Origin: Lysobacter sp.
Lineage (GTDB): Bacteria; Pseudomonadota; Gammaproteobacteria; Xanthomonadales; Xanthomonadaceae
Length of the DNA: 64,000 nucleotides
Direction of reading: 5' to 3'
Assembly (NCBI GenBank): GCA_050737755.1
Contig: JBOHYC010000155.1
Coordinates: 1,401-65,400 of the forward strand
Under the pieces are notes generated by a model. It saw nothing but the letters and a program-made list of their open reading frames with translations, had not been told where the DNA came from and searched no databases. The translations under genes were made by a program, and so were the position numbers. Positions 1-9,500 of the stretch are shown here, piece by piece. Positions within the stretch are counted from its first letter, which is position 1; the number at the start of each line of letters is the position of its first letter.

Positions 1-243
1 TCCGGATCCGAGGTCGCGATCGTCAGCTGCCGAGTCGACAACGCCGGCTGGGTGTCCCAGGTGAATCGGCACGTCATAAGCGACGCCGCGCGCCCCGCAA
101 TCATCACTCGCCGGCTGGACACCGCCATGAAGTGGGCTGAGCGCTGGGCGGCTGCCAATGCCGAACGTTTGCCCAGCCCACCGCCGTTCCCTACGGCATC
201 GGCAGATCGCTCAGATCCAACTGCTGGCGAGCCATCCTTATAA
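1..243 (+). CDS. Hypothetical protein, 5' partial
   Basis: Frame +1 is open from base 1 to TAA at 241-243 (..GWVSQVNRH..AMKWAERWAAAN..). Confidence 0.5.
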   Translation, partial: SGSEVAIVSCRVDNAGWVSQVNRHVISDAARPAIITRRLDTAMKWAERWAAANAERLPSPPPFPTASADRSDPTAGEPSL

Positions 244-385
244 GAGCGAGTGCGCCCGTTGAAGCGTAGTGGGCGGCGCTGGTGGCCTCGTCAAGCTGCT
301 TCACCACCCATTCGACTTCTTCCGCACTACGGCGGGCGCGAAAGTCCTCCATGGATACCACCGTCTTGCTCCTAGAATCCGTCAT
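191..385 (-). CDS. Small hypothetical protein (64 aa, MTDSRSKTVVSMEDFRARR..)
   Basis: ATG at 385 preceded by a GGGGAAG RBS; helical-looking product. Confidence 0.6.
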   Translation of the reverse strand: MTDSRSKTVVSMEDFRARRSAEEVEWVVKQLDEATSAAHYASTGALALIRMARQQLDLSDLPMP

Positions 386-524
386 TACTTCCCCCTGTAT
401 CAGAAGCGTCGGCGGAATGCCGACCCCCTGACGATCAACGGAAGGAGCAATTTGCAAAGTTAGGCACGCTCGCACCGACGGCTGGGCGCGTAACTTTGGT
501 TTGGAGCGGCATGTGATATGGCGG

Positions 525-3500
525 CTACTCACCCACCAGCTCGTGCACCTTCGACGCCAGGCGGCGGTTGAGGATGATGCCGCCCTCAGCCTTCTCGCTG
601 TACTTGGCGCGCGACAGCAGCGACCGACGGATCGACGCCGTGGTGATGCCGATCTCCGGATGCGTGCTGTTGAACTTCTGGATCGCGGCGATCGTTTCGC
701 GTCGTCCTTCCTCATCGCCGGTGCGGTTGGCCATCGCGAACGCGTCCATCAACCTCGAGCGGCGATCGAGGATGTGCTGCTCGTAGTTCTTCAGCGCGCT
801 GTTGCGGTCGTACTGCCTGGAGACCTCGGCCGGGGTGAAGCCGGTCAGCTGCAGCAGCAACTGGCCCACGTTGAGATCCTCCACCAGCGCGTCGCCGCGG
901 TAGTTGTTCACCCCCTGGGTCGCGTAGCGGCCCGCCTTCAGCACGTCCTTCAGCGACTTTGGCAGCATGGTTTCCACACCGCGCCACAGATGCCCCTCAT
1001 CGACGAGCTGCTTGCCGACCAGCGCGTTCTTCAGCACGCCGCCCATTGGGCCAGCTGCCTGCTCCAGCAGGTGGTAGTAGGCGCCCCGCCCCTCCAGCTC
1101 CTTGTAGGCATCCCGGAACCACAGCTGGTCCAGCCCGACTCGGCCGGCGATATCGGCCCCGGTCACCTCGTTGACCGCGCCTGTCAGCAGCACGGACGCA
1201 GCGGCCGGGCCCAGCATGTCGGTCAGGAACGCCCGGAACTCGACCTCGGCCTCCCAGGGCTCGTCGTCATCGCCGAAGCTGGACGCGATCGAGTTGAGCA
1301 CTCCCATCGCCACGCTCGCCATCGGCAGGCCAAGCACGCCGGAGAACAGCGAGCTCATGCCCAGCAAGCCCGCGAGGTTGCGGCGCGCGATGCGCTTCAC
1401 CTCGGCCGACTCGCCCTTGGTGGCGTTCCAGACCATCCGGCCCAGGTGCCAGGTCATGTTGAGGCTGTACTGCCGGAACATCAGCAGCACCTTGGCCGTG
1501 CCGCTCTGCATGAAGCGCGCGCGGTTGGCATTGGTGTAGTCGAAGTGGGTCTGGTCGATGGCTTCGGCCGCGAACTTCACGGCCTCGTCGAACGACTGCC
1601 CCTCAGCGCGCGCCAACCGGTAAGCGGCAATGCCGGATGCCTCGCGATTCATCACCTCGGTCTTGTGGAACCCCCACCCGATGATCTCCATGGCCTTCGC
1701 CCAGGCCGGGTTGTAGCCCTGCATGCCGCCTTCGGCGATGCCGGCCAGGTTGTGCGCCTGCGTCTTGTCGATCGCGCCCATCCGCACCAGCTCGTTGAAC
1801 GCCTTCAGCTCGTCCGGGTTGCTCAGCGTCTTCTGGATGTTGCCCAGCGTCCGCCCCGCATCTCGGCCCGCTGCCAGCAGGTAGTTCATCGCCTTCACCG
1901 GGCCGAAGCGGGCCGCGAGGAAGGGATAGGTCACCAGCGCCGTCTGGGTCAGGTTCACCAGCGCCGCCGCCGGCGTCAGGCCCAGGTAGTAGACGAAGCC
2001 GAACGACGACACGAGGTTGGTCGCCGCGCTGTCCTGCGGATTGCTGATCCAGTCATGCCGGCGGGTGAGCTCGTCGAGGATGGCGTCGCCGGCGGCGATC
2101 TTGCGGGTGTCGCCGGTGTTCTCGCGCCGCTCGGCGTCCTGCTGCTTCTTCAGGACATCGATCACGTCCTGCAGCTTGTGGCCAAACCGCAGGCGCGCCA
2201 GCTGGTGGGCGCCGTGGTGCATGTTGAATGCGAACGCCCGCACCGCGTCCGGATCGAAGCCAGGTACCGACTGGCGGTGGATCGCATGCTTGCGCATCGA
2301 CAACTCGGGCAAGGCCTGCAGGTAGAGCTGATAGATCTCGTCCTGCGTCTTGTCCGATACCCCCGCCTTGTTCAAGGTCTGCATCACATCGGCCACGAAC
2401 GTCCCACTGGGCGCGTCCTTGGCCTTGCCACCACTCTTCAGGCCTTGGGCGGTGATCGTGAAGTTCCGCGCGCGCAGATCCTTCACAGCCCGCTCGAGCT
2501 GGTCCAGGTTCTCGAACATCAGGTAGGTCGACGTGCCAGCGCGCTCGGCGGCGACGAAGTACCGGCCGAAGCGCTGGAGCGGGAAGTACACGCCCTGCAG
2601 GCGCTGGGACTCGAACTGCATCCGGATCACGTTGATGATCTTCCGCTTGTGGTTCTCCGGCGTATCGGTGTCCCGGATGCGCGCGACCAAGGCCTCCTCG
2701 ACCTGCGATGACCGGTCCTTGTACATGTCACGCATCTCGCGGTAGAGCTCCTGCGCCTCCGGCGACAGCTGTTCATAGCGTTCCTTCAGCGCCGGGTGCT
2801 TCTTCTTGCGGTGCTTTTCCCGGGCCGGCATCGCACGGAGGTTTTTCGCCTCCGCCAGCATGTCGGTCTTGTTGTCGCCGCCGCGGCCGCGCATCTGCTC
2901 GCGGATGGCCGCCAGCGCTTCCTTCACGTTGGCTGGCGTCGCCTCGCGGATCTGCCCGCCGTACTTGAACTGCAGCGGCGCGTAGCCCTCCGCTGGGTCC
3001 GAGCCCTGGATGGTCGCGTCGTGCATTAGCTTGAACAGCTGTTGAGACTCCTCGCGGTTCTTGCCCGCCCACTTTCGGGCCTTCTCGGCGAGCGCTTCGC
3101 CCTCGGTGGCCAGCTGGTTGCGGTCGGCTCCCATCTCGGACAGATAGTCGGAGTAGATCCGCATGGTGCTGAAGTAGTCGCTCCCCAGCTCGGTCAGGTG
3201 CTTCGTCGTCAGCGCGGCCAGCCACGTCGGGCGCTGCGCATCCTTCAGCTTCTTCGGTACCGCTCGCGCCAGCGCAGCGCGCGCACGGTCCAGCAGCTTG
3301 CCGTCGGTCCGGGTGGCATCCATCACCGCTTCGATATCGGCGATCGCGCCGGTCGGGTCCGCGGCGGCCTTGGAGAACAGCAGCCTGTCGTCGGTTCGAT
3401 CGAACGTGCCGCGATTGTCGGTCGCCTTGATCTGGGTCGGGTCGAACACCACCCACTGGCCGACGTCGGGCAGCTGGATCCCGTCATGGCCTTCGCGCTC

Positions 3501-6500
3501 GAGCTGCCGGCGCAGCGCGCGCGCCTGTTCCGTGCCCTCGATGCCCATGAACTCGGCTTTCGGCATCACGTAGGGATTCCGGATGGCCAGGTGCGCCTCG
3601 ATGATCCGCTGCTCCGCCGGCACGTCGTTGGTTGCCACCCGCGCGTAGTGCTCTGCCTTGGACTTGCGCGCATCGAAGAAGATGCCGAGCTGGGCGGTCA
3701 GGTGGTTGGTGCTCTTGCCGGCACGATCGCGATCGAATGCCGCGAACTCCTCGCCGGTGCCGTGGTAGACCTTCAGCGGCTGGCCAGCCGCGTCCACCAC
3801 CTTGCTGGCACCGAACCAGTCGCCGAAGAACGGCGATGCGATGCCCATGTCCGCCCACAGCGCGCGAGCCAGAGCCACCATCGGGCCAGAGCGACGTTCC
3901 ACGGGGGTCAGACCCGCGACGAAAGCGCCGTCGACCTCGAGCTCCTCCGCCTGCAGCGGCTCGTCGCCATCGCGGGAGAAGGCATACGACTGCACCAGCC
4001 CGGCACGCTGCTCCGCGGTACGGCCGCGGCGCAGGAACCCTTCCGCCTGGCCAAGCAGCGCGCGCACGTCGCCGTCCGTCCAGTTCATGCCCGGCATCAC
4101 CCGGCGCAGGAACCGCCGCACCGCCGCCACCACGCGGCCGATGAGCCCGTTTCGGGCGCCCTGCTCCGCCATCACCGCGATCACTTCCTTGGCAAACGCC
4201 AAGCGATCGCTTTCGACGTCGGGCTGGGTACGTCGTACGTGCGCGATCGCGCGACGGACGTCGGCCGCACCCGTGCCGTTCTGGGCATGGCGCTCGATCG
4301 CATCGGTGATCTCGCCCCACTGCACCTTCCCGACCACCCGTTCCACGCCGTAGTGGCCAAGGGCCTCGTGGGCCAGCACCTGGGCGAAGCGCTCCTCGGT
4401 GCGGATGGCGCCGGTGTTGATCCAGACAGTCGGCTGCCCGCGGTACAGGCCCTCGGCCCGGTAGAAGTTCGGGTCATCCAGCACGCTCGCCGGCAGACCC
4501 GCTGCGCGCTGCAGGCCCTCGGCCGAATCCACCAAGACCACGCTCGGCGCGTCATCGCCCCACTGGGCGGTCAGTTCCTGCTTGAGGGTCTGGGCGCGGC
4601 CGAGATCGAGACCGGTGCCGACGCGAGCCGCGGCGCGGCTGCTCAGAGATCCTTGATCTTGCCCGTCCGGATCATTTCGGTCGCCCATGCCGCCGACGCC
4701 GCGAACTCGCGCCTCATCGACTCGAGCTCGGAGGGCGTCAGGTCCCGGACTTCCCTTGAGTTTGAGGATGAAGCGGGCTTCGGACTCGGTGAGACCTTCG
4801 AACCCATGCCCGAACGAGTCGCGCCACCATTGCTCGATGTCGGAATACCGCTCACGGACTTGGGCCAGGCTCTCGGGGGACAACGCAATCTTGCGGCTGT
4901 AGTCCTTGCCGGTCAAGGCGCTGGCCAGCAGCACGCGGCCGCCGTTGTCCTCGATGTGGGTCTTCAGCTCGGCCAGCGTTCCGCCCTGAGTGAGGGTGTC
5001 GTCGAGGATCAGGTAATCCTGGCCGGCGACCACCTCGCCCGCGAACGTAGGCGGGTTGGCCAACCGATGCATGCCGTCGCCACCGCCGCGGCTCACCTTG
5101 CGAGCCTGCAGGATGTCGGTGGTGACAGGTACGCCCAGCGCCTCGCCGAGTGTGATCGCTGCTGCCAGCGGGATGCGATTCCGGCCCGCCGCTTCCTCGG
5201 CCAGCACTGGCACGATGGTCGGCACCGCGCCGCTCGGAAGCGCCGCCCGGACCGCGGCGACGTAATCGTCGGTGACGAGGTCGCGGGCGAGCCGCAGCGC
5301 GGCCTTGTCATCCCCTGCCTTCGCGGCTTCGTAGTCGCTGTGCGCGGCTACTACGCCGGGCCGCTGGCCCAGCAAGGCATCAGGGAACGACTCGTCCCAG
5401 CCTCGGCGGCTGAAGAGTCCCACATTGCCAGCGTCATCCTCGCGCGTCTCCACAGTGTCGAAGAAGGCATCGAACGCCGCTCGCACGGCCGGGATCTCCG
5501 CCGCGGTCAGATACGGGTACTCGCCCTCGCGCCCGAACGCACCCTCGCTCACCACATTGACCAGGTAATCGTTGGCCGCGCCCTGATCGGCCAGCTTGGC
5601 CAACATGTAGCTCTCGAACGCCCGGGCCGACATTTCCAGGTCCGTGGACCAGTAGGCCTTCGTGCGGCGCTTGTCGAGCTCGCTCGAGCGTTCGCGCAGG
5701 CCGGTGGTGCTGATCGCATCCATCACCGCGACAAACGCCTGCTGCATCTCGGCACGTAGTCCGCCCGGGTCGGTGCCCGGGTCGTTGGTGACGTAGCCGC
5801 CCGGCGTGCCGCGCTGCCGGGAGAAGTAGTTGTCCATCCCATGCCACAGCTCGTGCGCGAGCGAGCCGGCACCCTGCCCCTTGGTCAGGTTGATCACGAT
5901 GTTGCCGGACTCGAAGTGCGCCGCGGCGGCGCGCTTCCCACCCTTCCCGCGTGCGCCGAACGCGAGCCCGAGCGTGCCGTTGAGCGACAGCGCGCGCGCA
6001 GGTACCCCGAGCACTCCCGCCATGTCCATCAGCGCGTCGTAGGCCTGGTTGAGGTCCGCCTGGCGGCGGTCACCCTCCACGTAGTTGCCGAACTGTACGC
6101 CGCGGAAGCCGAACGCATCGCTGAACTGTTCCGGCGACACATCGGCACCGGCGCGGTGGTCGACGCCGATCCTGGGAGCGTTGGTCTCTCGGCGGTGCGC
6201 AGGGATGTCCTTGAACTTGGCGAGCTTAGCTTCCAGCTCGTCCTGGTTGTTCGCCAGGTACTCGCGCGCCTCGGCCGCGCTGTCGAAGTGCTCCAGGTCG
6301 GTGTAGGCCTTCGCGATGCGCTTGCCGATATAGAAGCCAGGACGCTGCCGGTAGGAGTAGATGGTGAACTTGGTCGGGCCTTTGCCCTTGCTCTTCGCCT
6401 CCAACGTCGGCAGCGCCTTCTTGAAGGCGGCGATGGCGGCTTCTTTCGTCTCGCCTTCACCCAGGATCGTTGGCCAGTTGCTGTACGCGGTCGCCTTGGC

Positions 6501-9500
6501 CTTCTTCTCGACCGACCACATCACCTTGGCTGGCGAGTGCTTCTCGCCCTTGTAGATGCTGTACGCGCCCGAGCGCAGGCGGATGCCCTTCAACGACACC
6601 TCGTGGCCGACCTCGCTGTACAGCTCCATCCGGTCGCGGACGTCGGCGCGCCACTGCTCCCGGCCCACCAGCTTCGCGCGAGCCTCGGCAGCGGTGATCG
6701 TCCCGCCCTGCAACTGGTTGGCGAGGTCGCGCAGCAGTGTGACCTGTTCGACCCAGCCGCGCAGCTTCCAGGCAGACTGCGGTTTCGTTGGCACCTGGTC
6801 GCGCGCCGCATGCACAAACGCGGCGACCTCCGGAGCTACACCGCCTTCCAGCCACTTCGCGTAGTCCGGCGCGGGCCAAACCTTCGACAGCGGTTCCGCC
6901 GCGACGTCGAGCGTCGACGCCTCGGTCATCCGGTCGGTGTAGGCCGCCGCATAGTGCTTGCGTGCCCCGTGCAGGGTGTCACCGAAATCCTCGATCGGGC
7001 CCGTCGGTGGGTCTTCCTTCGCTGCGGCGGCCGCCTTCTTCGCCTTGGAATGCTTGGCGCGGTCGATCGAGCGCTTTGCCAGCCAGTCGGGGGCGTCGTT
7101 CTTGGCCACCGCCATGAGCTGATCCGGCGAGTAGGACTGCAGCATCGAATAGGAGGTGACAAGCGTGGGCTCACCCTCGGCCATTTCGTGGGCCGCGAAT
7201 AGGAAGTCGCCGGCACTCCAGCGGCGCTGAGCATCGACGTCGGATTGCACCTGCTCCCCGATCTCCTGCAGCAGATCGTCGACAGCTTCCTGGTCAAGGT
7301 CAGAAATACCCTCGATTGCCGCGTCTTCTTCATCAGCCGTGCGATTGGCTCGCTCCGCGTCCTGCGGCGTGACCATGTTTCCGAATCGATCCTCGACCAA
7401 GCCTCGTTCCGCCATCAAGGCACGGCGGCCCGTTTCGCGGGCTTGCTCCGCGCGTTGTACGTCCGGGCCAACCCAGCCGCCGGACAGCGCACCCATACCG
7501 CGCTCTGTCGACAGACGGCGCAGCACGAAGCCCGCGTCCCGCTTCGCGACACCGAACGCTTCGCGACTGAACTCGCCGGCCTCGGGAAGGCCCGCAAGTG
7601 CAGCGCGCGCGGCCTTCTCGGTCTTGTACGGCTTTCCTTCCGCGGTGGTGATCTGGCCATTGCTCTCTCGACGGCGCAGGTCAGCGTCGGATTCCGCGCG
7701 ACGCACCTCGGCGTTGTAGTCGGCCGGCACCGCCACCCGGCGACCGCCGGCGGCGACGTGGCGCGCGTATGCCGCCGCCTGGTCCGCCAGCGGCAGGTCG
7801 CCGAAGCGGCCTGTGCTGCGGACACCGGCCTGCTTCTGCACCGACGCCCGCTCCTCGCCGGAAAGCGCGGCCAGTACACGGGCCGGATACAGGCGGAACT
7901 CCATCTCGACATCCGGGCTCGCTGCCGGCTGCGGTACGAGAGCGGGCGTGGATGCCGCCTTGATCTTCTGCCCGCCCACGCGACGCGTGGGAGTAGGCTT
8001 GCTCAAGCGGCGCTTTGTCTTAGCCGGATCCTTCACCCACGCCTTGAACTCGTCCTGCGTCATTTGAGTGATGCCGCTTAGGCCATCCCACCCGTCCTCG
8101 TAGTTGCGCAGGTATGCAGCGCGGGCGGCTGCCTCATCGGCTGCTCCCATCACCACCTTGTGCTCGTCGAAACTGCCGTCCTTGTTCGTCTGGTCTACGA
8201 CGAATACCGGCAGCGACTCGTCCTGCGCGCTCTCAGTCAGGAACACGTCGACGTGATCCTTGTCGGCACCCACGCTGCCCTTGATGTAGCCGTAGTGGTC
8301 CTGCAACGGTGGCCACTCCGGACGTCGGCGCGTGCCGGCCGGGTTCTCGATCGACACGTCCAAGCCTGCAACGCGGGTGTGTCCCTTCTTGTAGTTGCCG
8401 GCCTCCTTCTGTGCCTCGGTCGGCTCCGGGCGGTCGTTGGTCGGGCTGGTAGCAGCGGCAGCCGCCGCGTCACTCACCTTCGTTGTTTCATTGATGCCGG
8501 GCTTGCGATTGGCGGTAGCGCGGGCGAACACTTCGCGAGCATCCGCTTCGGTGAACGTGTCGGTGAGCCGCATGGTGATCGCGTGGATCTGTGGTTCTGT
8601 TTCATAGGTGCCGGCCGACACCGCATCGGCCAGCGCGGTGATCAGCGCCGGCTTGTCGATATCGCCGTTCATGTAGTCCACGACGGCGTTCTTGGCCGCA
8701 ACGTCATCAGCTCGATCATTCGGGCCTACGCTGCTCTTGTTCCAGCGCGCTGCGGGCGTATCCTGCGGAGATGGCAATGAATCCGTATCGACCGCCGCCG
8801 TCTCGAGAGAGCGCTGAGCTCCCGGACGAATTGACGTATCGCCAGCAGCCGATGCTTCCCCAGGTTGATCTGCCGCCGATTCGAACGTCGATGCAGTCGG
8901 AATATTGGACGCCATCACTCGAGGACCAGCTTTTCCCGAAGCTGTCGTCGATGCCGGAGCCGAATTGCTGGATGAAGGTGATGGTGGTTGGTCAAGATCG
9001 CCTGGAGGCTCACTGGATTCGACCGAACGAGCTGACGCTGTTCCCTGAAGAGCAGTCAGCGCAGCTTCCCTAGAGTCGAAGCCAGTGAGCGTTTCCGCAC
9101 CCTCGCGGTGCGGTATCGCGAACCACTGACCGGTGCCGATCTCGCTGTCGACAATGCCGCCCCGCTCCGGATCCGGATTGGTTACCAGCCCGCCGGGCTG
9201 CGACTCGGTCCAGCCTTCAGGCAGCGCCCGATCATCCGCAGCTGGGGCAGCCGGCTCCATCGCCTGATCCAGCTCGTCGCGATCGCGCTCGATCTCCTGT
9301 TGCGGATCCACCTGCTCGGCCGGTTCCACGGCAGCGCTGGTGATGCCCTTCTTCCGGTCAGCCTGCACCTTGGTGATGAGCGGGTTACGTCGCTTCGCCG
9401 GCAACCCCGAAACGGCCAGGGCCTGCCGCACGACTTGCGAGTTGATCCCGCGGCCGCCGCTCATCTGCTGGTTGAACTGGTCGTGGATGAACCCCTCGAT

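Noticed and set aside
501-8081. Long plus-strand ORFs (501-2711, 3042-5759, 5841-7202, 7245-8081)
   Set aside because: They are in-register antisense shadows of the high-GC giant gene, with Arg/Ala/Leu-rich nonsense composition and no motifs
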